A DNA stretch of 64,000 nucleotides from Raillietiella orientalis (lineage: Eukaryota). The first letter of the stretch is position 1; every line of letters starts with the position of its first letter. Below the pieces are notes generated by a model. It had not been told where the DNA came from. It ran no database searches and saw only the letters and a program-made list of their open reading frames with translations. Shown here one piece after another: positions 23,600 through 36,300 of this stretch. The position numbers were made by a program, and so were the translations under genes. The stretch is taken from NCBI GenBank assembly GCA_036172245.1, contig JAYWIR010000032.1, forward strand, positions 434,001-498,000, written 5' to 3'.

Positions 23600-24500
23600 T
23601 AACTCCTCCTCGCATCTCACCAGCTCCTTCCCATTGAAACTCCAGCTTAGGTGTTGGCACCCTGCAGTGGCCCGCGGCCAAAAATTTCAGCTGCTACAGA
23701 TTCTCCAGCATCCACGTCCCCACGAACCAAGAACAAGAACAGGTCGAGGTTCCTCCTCACCTGCCCACAGTGCCGGAAGAGACTCGGCTGATCCGTCCCC
23801 CGCGGGCAGCATCCATCTTGAGAGACCCGCAAACGTCCGAGCAGCAGGTTCCCGTTTCCTGTTTCCGTTTCAGTCCCATTTCGAGACGAGGGATAGCAGC
23901 ACCTGTCAACCCAGACCTGTGGACCACCTCCTTTCAATACCGCCCTCTATCGGCCTCTATTAGAGGGAGATCTCTTGTTCCGTCTTCTCCGTTTTGCTCC
24001 CCGATTTCTTCTTCCCCCCTTTTTTTTTTTAGTCCACCGAGTACTGAAGAACTGGGTTCGGAAAGGAGGGTGCGTCGTAGGCTTCGATTTCCCCCCCGCG
24101 AGATGGCGCTGGTTGGCACTGGTGGGAAGCGGATGCCCCCGAGGAGTGACCAGGATTGGAAGTTGATCCTCCAGGATCCTTCCAGAGATCAAGGAATCCC
24201 TTAGGGGTTCCCCTCCGTTTGTGAAAGTGGGGCCGTGCATTTTATCTACCGTGGAGGTGGTAGGTGGACACCCCTCCCGAATGCGAAGAAGCGCGCTGCT
24301 CCCTTTAGGGAGCGACCCTTCAGGGAAAATCGGGAAAAGTCCCTTCGGGGTTCTCTTCGGAGGAGGAAGCAAGAAGCGGTTCCCTTGCTGCGGAGAGAAT
24401 GAGAAAGCAATTCCCTCCAGGGTTCCCCTCGGATGCGGGAGAGAAACGGACTCTTCCCTCCAGGGCTTCCTAGATTCATAGGGCGGGCCCTACGGGGTCA
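23600..24500 (-). mobile_element. Dispersed repeat family Y, copy 2 (probable L1-like 5' region/ORF1/APE remnant)
   Basis: The reverse complement of 24330-24495 matches 31588-31900 (GGGCCCGCCCTATGAATC..GAAGAGAACCCCGAAGGGAC). GRILEDQLPILVTPRGHP resembles the L1 ORF1 pre-zinc-knuckle region. Confidence 0.6.
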
Positions 24501-25025
24501 CCACCTAGCTCGAAGAGTTCCACACACCCTTGGGGTGGCGTAGACAGAGTCAAAGAGCTTCGTAAACCCCCAGGCTAAGGGTTCTTTAACACTCAGTGAA
24601 CCGTAGAAAAGGAAAAGCCTCAAGAAACAGGAAGGGCAGCCAGCATCATTTCAGTTCGGGGATCTGATCCCGATTTACACGCAAAACTATTCTTCTCCCT
24701 CACCGCTCCCAGATAGTTTCCAGAGCCTGCCGTGATGGCGCGACGAGTGAAACCGGAACGATAGAGGATGTGGAAGGTACGAATGCCACGAGAAACCCCT
24801 CCACGTTTACTCAGCACACCGCCGCGTGGAGCTGTCGGATGCGCCCCCGACGAGAGCCGTCGGACCTGCAGCCTCCGCTCCAAGAAGCGGAAATGCGGCC
24901 GGCTGGTCGTGGCTTTGGGGGAAACCCGCGTGCCCGGGGCTGAGGTTCTGTTTCTAGGGAGACTTTACTCGGGACGCAGCTGGCAGATCCCCAGGAGAAA
25001 AGCACGGGTGTGCTCTCCATTATCA

Positions 25026-27750
25026 CCTGGGTGAGCCGGGATTTCATTCATATATATACATATTGAAAAAAAAAGAATCATGTAGTCTCCGTGGTTGGAC
25101 TGGTAGTCCAATCACATGACTTAAGGGGAGCCTGCCGGGCTGCTGGTGAGCAGAACGGTGAGGACCGCCACGGCAGCAGAAGAGGCATACAAAAGAAAAA
25201 TAAACAAACAAATTTCGGGGGTATGTGAAGAGGTCACGTCCTGCTGGGGGCAGTCCTCTGCATCCTTTCGAGGATACCGGGCAAGCTCTTGCTGCATGCT
25301 GCCTTTGAGGTGGAGCCATCTCGTTGCCATCCTCATGAATCGGACGGCGAAATGGATGTGACACTCCTGTCGCTGTGCCCCCCTTGCGTCGCTCCAGGCA
25401 GCAAAATCCCGCGTAGGCAGAGAGCTGCTGGCGAGGCTGCCGGTCGAAAGGCGTCGTGTAGGAGGAGGGCTCGTAAACCATCCTTAGAGTTGGCTCTGAA
25501 GGTTTACTAGAATGGCGGAAAAGCGTCCCCCGAGGGGCTGGAGGGCAACACAATCCACAAGCAGGTACGGGAGGGATTCACGCCCCTGCGTCCAGTGAAG
25601 CTGGCTGGCGTTGCACGGGAGGTTCCAGTGCAGCAGCAGCAGCGCCGACTACTGCCACTTGAAGGGGAGGGTGTGTCTGTCCAGAAGCACTGGGGAACAC
25701 TGTAGATCTTCCTCCGGAATACCTAATAGCTCGTCCCAGAGCAAAAGTCCACGAGGAGGGACACTCGGGGTCGCAGCGTCCGTGAGCTGGTCCCCGTGGG
25801 GATGCTCTTGAGGGCGGGGAATAGAACCGGCTCATTGGGCACCGTCGGCTCGTCTGGACGGGGAACGCCTGGAGAAAAGGTGTTCGTCAAGAACCGGAAA
25901 TTCCAAGAGCTCACGCACATCGGTTACACCTGATCGAGCGAGCGGAGGGCTTACGCCCAAGGAGAAGCGGAGTAAAGGGAATGGACTCTTTGCGACCCTT
26001 ACCATCCCAGTGCCCTGTCCATAGGTGATGATGCGGACTCCGAAAATCCTTCTTCGCATCCGCGTCGGCTGCTGCATGTTCTTGGGTGTTTCCTCCATCG
26101 AATATCGTGGCCATACCTTACAGCCAACCACAAGGCGCAGCCGTGTGATCTCTAGCTGCTGCATCACCTTTTCATCCTGGGGTCCACAGGATTCAAGCAC
26201 ATTACGACTCGGGGGGTCACTTGAAGTCGACAAGGTGGCAGGGTGGCACTCGAAATTCGCCCGGGGTGCTTTGGAAGAAGTGTAGAAAGTACCCTTAGCC
26301 ATGTTGTTGATCAACTAAATGTTGGTAAAAGTGTTCCTCAAGGTCCCGAGCAGGTGGGCTTCACCTACTAATATGACCAGACAAACTTCTTCCATAGGGA
26401 ACTCTGAGCAGCCCAGTACGGACGACATCATTCTAAGAAAAAAGGATTGCAAGGTGGAGGAGGACGCAGAAAACGTCGGGGATGACCATTCTTGTTTCCT
26501 GGAGCAGTGCCAGATCTGGATGGAGACCAGAGTCCATTGCGGGGAGTAGATTTACATCTCCAGCAGGTGAGTCGATGCGTCCTGTCTCCGAGGGCACGCG
26601 GGAGACCGCCACTGTATTTTAGCTCAGGGGGCAGCATCTCGTCCCAAACTTGCCATCTTCTGTGGCCACGTTCTTATTCGCTCCCGGATCCGGAGCACGT
26701 TGAGCCGAGGAGCACAAACCTCTTCCCCTGAAGACATGGCTCGCCCGTGGTCCCTGCTACTCTCCATCGGGGAAAGGAGGACACTGCGCTGAAGGTTGCA
26801 GGCAGCTGCGCAGACTTTTTCCTCAAGTTCGCACCGAATGCGCTGTTTCCGACGACGATCTCACAAGCGTCCATCTTGCTCTCGCACGAGATGACACTTG
26901 TCTGTCCGATACCGGCAAGCTTCTCATGTCCACACTTTTCTTTCAGGATTCCAGCAAGACCTTCCGACATCCGGCGCACTCGATGTCCTGCGGTCCTCCC
27001 CACTTCAGTTTTTGCTCGATGCTGTGGTCGGAACTGTGCCTTCGATCCCTCGAGGAGCATGTCGGAGCACATGGTTTCCTTACCGATGCGTTCCCCGCAT
27101 TGCTTAGAGGTCTTCAGTTACTCTTCTTACTGCCTTGTTGTCTCTGACGGACACTGGCACTCCTTTGCCTGGGAACCGATCATCTGCATGTGAGTCCCTG
27201 GAGACATCTAATGGAACCGGAAGCAAAGTGGCAGATTTATGCAATCGAAACACCAAGAGTGGATGCACCTGTGAGGTCAAACAGCGCCGAAATTCGAACC
27301 AGAAGGAGGCTCCATAACTTCCGTTGCCAAAAACTGGTCCGTGGCCCAAACCGCGGTGGTGGACGTGCAGCGCTTCTACGATCCTGAATGAACCTCGAGG
27401 GAAACCTGAGAGTGCACCTTTTCGCGGTGCGCGCTCCAGAACGAGTTCCGCCTTCTCTCAAGATCATCACAGTGACATCACAAGGGAAGGTCAAAGAGAG
27501 AGATTGCTGCTTCTTCGGGTACTGGAAAGGACCGCTTGCAGACCGCGTGGGCTCATTGAGTCGCCGAAGGTGGGAATCGAAATTTCTTTCCTTCTTCAAC
27601 CCAGCTGCTGGGACACAGCCCGCTTTTCGCAGCAGTTCGACACTCGGCTCCACGTGCTGCGGCGCAGCTGACTCGCGCTCTCGCGCGCTTCGAAGGGTTC
27701 AGGAGCGAGGGGGAATGCACGCATCTCCAGAACTCCATCCGTCCTAGCCG
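25026..27750 (-). mobile_element. L1/Tx1-like element, near full length, heavily deleted
   Basis: Order on the minus strand: Cys-rich ORF1 remnant (~27600-27650), APE remnants (LQxTH-like, EGLAGIL, VVGN, RVAG), RT (INNMAKG, GVSPPL), LLLHWNLPCNA, QQELARYP C-terminus, family 3' UTR. Confidence 0.7.
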
Positions 27751-29899
27751 AGAGGATGACATATGCCTTCAGGAGCGTGCGAGCATGAAGGGCCTTACCG
27801 TGATCCTCGACCGCAAGTGGACCTCGCAGTCCACGGCTTCAGTCCTCGTCCTGTCTTAGAGGATGGTCGCGCGGTCGCCAGCGCCGTCCATGCAGACAGC
27901 CTGGCAAACTGCGACTGAGGCTGAGGCTGAGGCTGAGGAGCGATGACGTCATCCTGCAGGTGAATGACCAGGACATCAGCAGGGTGAGGAAAAAACTCCT
28001 CTATCTTGCCACTCCAGCTCTTCCCGGAAGCGAGGGTAGGATACAAGGACAGCGGCAGTCTTCGAGCAGGAGGAGAGAAAAAAAAAAAAAGTTGGTGCCT
28101 TATAAGCTGGGACGTTTCCTTGGCAATGCACGAGCGTCGTTCCGAGGAAAGGAACTGGTGGGCCATCGAAGAAGGGATCGAAAGCCCAGTGTTTATCGGA
28201 AGATGAAAAGGAAACGGAGGAGTCGCTCGGTTTCCCTACATAAGAAGGAAGCACTACGGCGCTTGAACTCTTCGTCCCATACTGGGGATTCTCACAGGTG
28301 CAACCCAGCCGGTTCGAAAGTCTTCACAGAAGTCATGACTCACGCTGCACACCGTGCAGCAAGCGTTTTTGTTTTTTTCTTTTTTTTTGTGTTACCAGAC
28401 AGACTTCTGGCAGCACAAGTGTTAGTGAGACGGATGAGCTCAGCACACAACCTGCAGTTTCGTTTCGTGTCTGATGGTGGCTATGCGGAAGCTGTATAAA
28501 GGAAGGTAGAAGGGGGATTCTTCGCTGGGGCGCAGACATCACACACTCACCAAAGCTACCTTGGGTCCTTCGCATCAGCGAAAGAGAGCGCACGCACTCG
28601 GACGTCTCCACGTAGGTCGAGCTTCCAAGGGGTGCAGGGTCTTAAGTTGCTGGTCACTGGTCAGACGCGGTGAGCACACAGGAAAACTTTCGAGACGAGG
28701 GAGACCATAGAGAAAGATGAGGGGTCGGTTTTCCTAAAGATTGGTTGGACTTGACACGCGGAAACCATGGAGATAGAGACTGCGTTGAAAGTCGCAGGGA
28801 TAAATGAACCAATTTTGTCTTGCCTGTTCGTTCCTAATTTCGCTACTGAGGGCGTCTCTTGTTGCGACGCATCAAATGAACCCAAAACCATAACCATCTG
28901 GTTATGGTTTTAGGTTCCAAAGCTCCCATGTTTATTCCACCTCTTGAATGCATTGATCGCCTCCCCATTAACTCGTATACCAATCCCTGAAGAGAAAAAC
29001 AAGCCAGACGATACATATCCATGAATCACTATCAATAACACACACCCTATTAACGCCAATTTCTCCTCCTACTAATCCTCCACCTACGATTACCCTTATA
29101 TGACAAATGGAAGAACAAGCTATTATTACCTAATACTCTACTTGCGTAAGGCACATTAAACCACGTTAAACCCCTTATTACACAGCCCGCAATCCTTATT
29201 CCTACCAAATAAGTCCCTATAATTCCACACCTATATTTCCTAAACGATCCATGACCTCCCGACTTTCACAAAACACTCACGAGAACCGTTGGGCCGTAAA
29301 AAAAAAAAAAAAAAAATCCCACATGAGCCTTAGGAAGTTACAAATGGACGCCATACGCTGGGAATTCCACAAAGAAAATACTCCAACTTTTCCCCTTTCA
29401 TTTGCCCCACATCTCCTTGCAAAGTTAACCACGCCGACCAAAAAGGGAAAAAAAGCGAAAATCTGAAAAGAACAGTGCACAGCCTTCACAAACCCTGAAA
29501 TTTTGACGGAATACCTTGGTTATTTTCTAAGGTGGGTAAATATTAATAATAAACAAATTAAGCAAGTAAGTATAAGAGTTAAGAAAGCAAAACAAGTATT
29601 TATTCTCAAATTTTAATTGCGTGAAATTTTCGTAGTTTTTCACGGAACACTCGTCGACTTTCCGCGGGACGGTTTGGGGAACACTGCCATGGGGTTCAAA
29701 AAATAACAGTGCAGCCATCGACAACGAGCAGCATCTCACCCCATCAACCACTCCATCCCTTCCCGAACATCTCCCTGCATTCAACCACCCGGCGTGAGTG
29801 CATACAAGTAGTGCACAACGGCACACCATCCCTCGTCTTCTCTCTACACCCCACCAGCATTGGTTCTATTCCCTCGGGTTCTCCTGAGGAAAGCGCGCT

Positions 29900-30960
29900 T
29901 TCCGACCGGGAAAAAAGGCGTCGCGCGCCAGCGATTGAGAGTGCTGAAATGGCGCCCAGGACGTCGGAGAGCCTTTCGAAAAGCAGGCGTAAAACCCTGC
30001 CACGCCGGTGCTGCACTGAACTGGGAACAGAGGAGGAGGTCAGAAAACTCCGCAGGAGTTCTCCATCCAGAATTCACTTTTTTGTTTCTTCGGGATGTGA
30101 TCCACGCGATGTGACCCATAAAAAGGAGACTCCTCGCGTATCACCGGGATTCCAAAATGTCCCTTCCTCTTGCTGCATGGTGTGGACTCTCCAGTGGACA
30201 AGAGCAACCAGAAGAGGATGCCTGGTCACCTTCCGGAGAAAGCCGAAGAAGAGGTAGCCATCGAGGAAGACCATTTCCGAACCGCCGACTGTACTCTCTG
30301 AGTAACTGGGAAGGGCGGCTGGAGACTGGACTTTCTTCATGAAGGTGTTCGGCCTCGACCTCAACCCGTACGCGCGCTGATTCCAGTCTTAATCTCCCAC
30401 TCCAGAGTCCTCTCTCGTCTTTCTGAATGAATAAATCGCCAGTCCTTCGGGCTTGAAAAATCGGGCCGCGAAAAGCTGCGAGCATTCCCAGCTCAGAAGA
30501 GGAGGAGGACGGTGCTTGTAGAGCAGGTGGTCGAGTACATTGGACTCCCGTTCTGGGTGACCAGCCGGAATGCTCGCTGTGGCACCACGCGAATCCCTGT
30601 GGCACGCTCCAACACGTGCGGCACCCTCCGCTGACGTACGAGGGATCGGGAAACTTTCGTTGTGAACTTTTACGTTTCCATGTCATTGAAAAGAAAATAC
30701 CGCATATGGGGGGGAGCCACCCGAACAATCGGCGGCACGTTGCCATGCAACGAAACGAAATCATGAAACCAAAAATCCATCCCTACCAGTTTCCCATCCT
30801 CACGTGACACCCATCCAGGCTGGCACACTGGACTACTGGTTTGGAAGTGGACGCGAGGATTGGAGAGATCGTCTCCGTCCACAAAGTGGAAAGACAACTC
30901 CCCCCCCCTTTCCCGAGGGAGTGCGGAGCATGGATCTCGCGTTGCATTCGCTCTTCGGTC
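29900..30960 (+). mobile_element. Degenerate L1-like ORF1/APE endonuclease remnant
   Basis: SGLKNRAAK, FVVNFYV, HMGG and TLDYWF follow the APE motif order. Confidence 0.4.
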
Positions 30961-30977
30961 CTCCCATAATGGGGAGT

Positions 30978-31099
30978 GGTGGGCCGATCCCGGAGGTACT
31001 GCGATACCGGATCAACTCGCGACAGGAGAGGAGCAAGTTCCAAGCAAAATAGGTTGATATACTGGCCTCCAGATAGGGGGCGTATCAGATAAGAACAGA
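30978..31099 (-). pseudogene. U2: U2 snRNA pseudogene, 3' portion (5'-truncated, internal deletions)
   Basis: Minus strand reads TCTGTTCTTATCTGATACGCCCCCTATCTGGAGGCCAGTATATC..ATTTTG..CTTGCTCCTCTCCTGTCGCGAGTTGATCCGGTATCGCAGTACCTCCGGGATCGGCCCACC. This matches metazoan U2 from just after the branch-point-pairing GTAGTA to the 3' stem-loop IV. The stem-IIa loop and part of the Sm/stem-III region are deleted. Confidence 0.9.
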
Positions 31100-31375
31100 T
31101 TTATTTCAATTAATTGCACAAGCATCACAAGAGATGAAATGGAGGACTCTGCCGTATCTCCATATCTGTCATCTCTGGCATCATCCTTTGATTTCTTGTA
31201 GGTGGGGTGCTCTCATCATTTTGTTCGTTTGTTTCATCGTACTTCTTTATGGCGTCGTCTGGAGGGCGGCCGAGACGGTGCGTCCAATAGATATCCCTGC
31301 TATATGGTTTTTTAAAAGGCCAGTAGCGACCCCACGAGGAGATCGTTACTATTGGCCTAGGATCATGGAAAATCC
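31100..31375 (-). mobile_element. Utopia-like non-LTR retrotransposon 3' tail inserted in U2
   Basis: Encodes YSRDIYWTHRLG (31268-31303), like the Utopia C-terminal motif SRDIYxEHxxG, and ends in AATAAA directly joined to U2 TCTGTTCTT. Confidence 0.75.
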
Positions 31376-31584
31376 TTGGGTTCTTCTTCTTCTTCTGTCT
31401 TCGCTGTTTGTTTGTTTGTTTGTTTCGGGTTTTGTGTTTTTTGGTTTTCTAAAGTGCCTCAAGAGCCGGTCGCGTGCCTCGCGGCTCACGTGGCTCTTTT
31501 AAACACACTGTTTTGTTTCCACACCTCTCCTCTGCGACAACGCCGCAGGGGGGCGTGTAATTGTTCAGGATTGGGGGCAGCCCG

Positions 31585-32290
31585 GGATGGGGCCCGCCCT
31601 ATGAATCCAGGAACGGCTCGGAGTCCGTTCCTCTCGCGCTTGGGGAGGGATCCCCCCATAGGGGGGGGATCGCACCTATCACCCTGGTTGTCTTCGAAGG
31701 GGAACCCCGAAGGGAATCTTCTCCCTCATTCTCTCCGGAGGGACACCTTCTGGGAGGGGGTGGTCCTCTCCATTTGATCTTCTACGAAGGGAACCCTGAA
31801 AAGATCCGCTAGCAGGAATTTCTTCTCCAGAGGGAACCCCGCAAGGGAACTGCTCCTGTTCATTCCTCTGAAGAGAACCCCGAAGGGACGCTTCCGAAAC
31901 TCAGAAGGGGCGGCGCGCTGCAGCTTCTCGCAGGGGAATCGCTCTCGCTTGCTTCCTTGCACTCTCGAAGAGGCGACGACTCGGAGGGTTCCTCCCGCAA
32001 CAGGGGGGGGTCCGCTCCTTTAAACAACTGGAGAGGTACGTGTGAAGGCTCCTGCTCCATCTTGAAACCGGAGGGATCCCCCACGGTGTGAGGGGTCCGC
32101 TCTCCGTTGTACGCCCGAAGGGGGAACTCCCCACTCCTTGATTCCTGGAAGGACCCGAAGATCGACTCCCATTGTTCCGACCTTCATGGGAGGCCTCCGG
32201 CTTAAACGATCACCGGTGCCACTCCCGAATGTCTCGGCCAACCAGCGCCATTGCAAGAGAAACTCGGAACCCAACGACGTAGTGACGTCA
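31585..32290 (+). mobile_element. Dispersed repeat family Y, copy 3, with internal GAAGGGAACCCCGAAGGG repeats
   Basis: Homology to 23960-24495(-); unit repeated at about 31696, 31786, 31830 and 31870. Confidence 0.65.
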
Positions 32291-32749
32291 GTTTCTGCCG
32301 GAGTATTCGAACCCGCGACCCATGGTACCACACGCGGAAGCCTTAACCACAAAGCGTCCCATGCGGGCTGCTGCCCTGCTATATTGCATGCAGGAAGCCC
32401 CAATCAAGAGCCTCATCTTCTCCATATGCAATCTCGGGTCACTGATCTCGCGGAGAAGTGCATCGTTCCGTGGGTCCCAAGTTCATTAAGGAGCCGACAA
32501 TGATAGCTCCAACTTCAGACGGAAGTCCCGTTTCCTGGAGCTGCAAGTCTGTTTCTCAATACTTCCCTTCTTTTTCAGCCCTAGAGAAACTGGAGTCTTC
32601 GTCCGTGTTCTCAAAGGAACATGCAACATCAAGAATGCAAATCGTGTTTGCTTTTTTGCAGAACCAGATCTGGTTTCAGACTGAAGGTGCTGCCAGGAAC
32701 GGTCTTATTTGCCGATACTACCTGCCAAGGTAGTATCGGCAAACAAGAC

Positions 32750-33010
32750 GTGGGCAGGAATGTAAGGTGGGTGATCGAAAAGTTAACCATTTGAACTTCC
32801 GAATTGTCTGGAATGTGCGGACAGCATGCGTTGCCAAGGCGCAGGTCGTCGTGAAGGAGAAGGGCCATTCCCGATCTCAGCATTCCACGTCGTCGGTTTT
32901 GAATGGCACGCCGCAGTTTCGAAAGCGTTTCACAGTAGACTGGAGAAGTGATGGTTGTTTCAGGCTCCATAAAGTTCACCAAAAGCACGCACCCTCTTGG
33001 TTCCACACGC
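32750..33010 (-). mobile_element. Mariner transposase fragment (DD34D core)
   Basis: GCVLLVNFMEPETTITSPVYCETLSKLRRAIQNRRRGMLRSG..LLHDD, then frameshifted FKW..DHPPY. Confidence 0.9.
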
Positions 33011-33029
33011 TGCTGTCCGCACGTTCCAG

Positions 33030-33367
33030 GCAATTCAGAAATCCAAATGGGAACCTTTTGATAATCCACCTCACAGTCCAGTGACTACCACGTCTCCCTG
33101 CACCTCCAGAAGTGTCTCGACGACTCGAGGGGGAAAGTGAGGAGTGGAAAACTGCAGTGCTGCTGAACTTCCAAGCGGCGGAATTTCATGCAGACGGTTT
33201 CAAAAAAGCTCCATCCACGGTATCCAAAGTGTTTGGAAAAAAGTGGTGACCACGTACTAAAATGACATGGGGATGTACATGATCGGAACCGCCAACACAT
33301 TTTTGTTTCTGTTTATTTGCTCTTTCTTTCTATCCGATCCTGCCTTATTTTTGAAATGCTCCTCGTA
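33030..33367 (+). mobile_element. Mariner transposase C-terminus plus right TIR and TA
   Basis: KWEPFDNPPHSP..SDYH..LHLQK, FHADGFKKLHPRYPKCLEKSGDHVLK*, ending ..TTGAAATGCTCCTCG-TA (TACGAGG-type mariner terminus). Confidence 0.85.
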
Positions 33368-36300
33368 TATAACACACTCCTTCCTACAAGGTAGCTACAA
33401 GTAATGCACGATGCGTAACACACGTGAGCGTTACATTCTGTACGCCGTACGGACGAAACCCACTGGAAAAACACGGTCGTGTCGAAAGGGGCATCCGGTA
33501 AAGGGCGAAAAGCACCGAAATCTTCCGATTCGAAACAGCCATAAATATTTATGAGGGAGTCGCGGCTGCGAAACCTGAAGCAGACACGTGAAGATGCAGC
33601 GAGGATCGATCCACCGGCACTCATGGATACGCCGCCGATCCAGCCTTCACGTCTGTGCACGGTGATGTGGAGGAAACGGGGGATTCCTTTGATTGGATTT
33701 GTGCTCCCTGCGAAGGAAGGGGCCTTCCGCGGGATCCTCCCATCGGACGAGGAAAGCACGGAGATGGATTCCCGTGAATGATGGCGGCAATTTTCCTCCC
33801 GTGAAACTTCTTCTCCCTGCAAATTACCAGACCAGAGATTAATGAGTCTTAATGGAATTCTTGAAGCTAGAATTCCCTCCCTTCCTTCGATGATCATTTT
33901 CTTTCTTCCACTTCATCTCCGCGATGAGCCATCTTTGCACTTCCAGATCTCCCCGAAGAAGATATGAAATCCATTGAAATCACCGTGACGCGCGCCAGTG
34001 TGTTCTCTCCGTAACGTTCGACGCGCTCTTCCTTTTTTTTTTTTTTTCTATTAAAGATGCAGATTACGTTCTCTCCATTAAGGTCCATTCCTCTCCTAAT
34101 GGAGGTGCCTTCTGAACAGCTCTTTTTCTCTGGCTTTGGTTCGCGACGAACGGAGGACTTCCTCTCGCAGAGACACGCCTCAGGAACACGACGCACCTTC
34201 GCTGCTTTCTGAAAACAACCGAGAAAACTCCAGCAAGAATCTTCCTTTCTCTCTCTCTTTGTTCATTCCGCTGCCGAAATGAAAACGGGGACTTCCGCAT
34301 GGAGCGATTCCTGCTGTCCTTCCCGGTGAGCCCACCGTCCAAATGAAATCTTCGTTCGGATCGCGTACTCAGCCACGTAATCGCTAGGGAAACCACCTCC
34401 AAGGGAAACCGTTTCCACATGTAGAAAAAATAAGGAGGGACGCGCCTGCTTTCTCCGGCTCTCCTGAAACCCACTCCTCCGGGGTCGTTCCCTACGTACA
34501 AAGAAAGTTGGAGTATCTGCGCGAAATCTGGAAATGTCTTCCCAGCCGCCCCCTCAACTTCACGCTTTCCTCTAGACGGAAGAGTTGAATCACAGTGGTG
34601 AACACTGTCCTCCCTTTCTGAAAAAAGAGGCAGGGAAAGGGAGGAGGGAGTGGAAAAATGTGTCATCTCTTTTTGCTTCCTTTTTGCTTTAGTGTATGAA
34701 CCCAGTCGTGCATGTTGGCACGTGCAATTGCTCAATCCGCGCTCCCGTCGCAACCCGTTGAAAATTGGTCCATTGAATTCATTCCTGAGTAGATGGTAGA
34801 CGCTTCATCTGGATAACGTTTTCACTTGGCACCGTACGGAAGAATGATTTAATCTGGATGTTCCTGGACACTGTGCGACACTGCACCTTGTGATGACGTG
34901 TGTCCTCAGACCGAAATAACAGCTCAGCTACGAAATCAGAACCACCTCAGCAGCACAGCCATGCGGCTGAATAGGATACTAATGGCAGGCTCATAAAGAT
35001 GGATACATGCAGGAAGCGGAAGTGATCCAACTGGGTCTCGTTAATGCAGAGCCTTTGGGTTTTTTTTTCTGGGGGGGACCTTCAGATTTCCATTGCTTTG
35101 GTGAGTAATTATGCACGTCTTCTCCGGCTGCGACGACCGGCGCAATGCATGTTAGCGTTACAAATGCAAAAGCCTCTATTCCAATGGGAAAATCCAAAAC
35201 ACGTGCAGTGCACTGAATCATTTTCTAGGCGTCGCCAGCTAAACTTAAGCAACAGAAGTGTTGGGCTTGCAGCTTCTTTTCTTGTTTTCTTCATACTGTG
35301 GAAAGGGAACAGCTAGAAGAATTGATTTCTGTCACTGCCACTCAACGCTAATTTCAGTCATCACTTCAATCTGGATCATTCCTACGGTTTCTTCTATACA
35401 AAAGCCACAAATTACACGTGTACATAAAAGCCGAAACGCAATGAAACCAGAATAAGGACGAAATGTTTCTGTAGGTACACTTTAATGTCCTATCTGCATA
35501 GGTCTGACGCGTTTCCTCGTATAAACTTCTGCGATGACAATCCTTCCGTCTCGTTTTTGAAATTGTTCAGTTCCTCCCTACTCCTATTTAGAGACTACCA
35601 AACGCAAGCATGATGACAACAGTGTAAAAATGTCTCATTCATTGAATTTGCCACTCATTTAGGTGCCTTACTGTCATCGATCTATACGACAAGTCGTCTC
35701 TTCACACGACTTGATTTATAGATCAAACTACACACTTGCATTATTTTTTTCATTCAGGGTTTGGAAGAAGAAAAAAAAGCCTCAGTTTCCTTTTCGAAAT
35801 CATCTTAACCTTCCGGCCAGCTCATTCATTGCTCATTCAATCGCTTTCCTCACACACTTTCTTCTTGCTAAGAAGTGCACACTGAAATTAGGAAGACAAT
35901 AATTTAGTTCTCATAAACACACATTTCTCCATGAGACTTTCCACTCGTGTTTTTCTTTTTCCTTTCCCCGATCTTCACAATCGTGCTTTTGGAAATTGCC
36001 TCAATCGGAAGATTCTTAAAGTTTAGTTTTCAACTGTGCTTTTAATATATTCAGCATTGGAAACCAGTAAAAAAAAAAAAAAACCTTCAACTCCTGCGCT
36101 CTGAGCCTCTTTAAATGAAACTCTCAAAAATGGACCGTATCTTATTCGACTGAGCCATCAGTAATAATATGAATTTACGACTGCTGAATCGGAAGCACCT
36201 CGATGACTATGAAGCATAACTAATGAATAGATAAATGAAGACATATGCATGTATCTAGTACTTGAAATTCCGGGAAAGCTATTAAAGGAATGAACAATTA

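Noticed and set aside
28920..29260. RTE/L2-like RT remnant (GIRVNGEAIN, minus strand)
   Set aside because: A single short motif without FADD; too weak to call.
31690..31900. CRISPR-like spaced repeats
   Set aside because: Eukaryotic context, degenerate units with irregular spacing, no cas genes.
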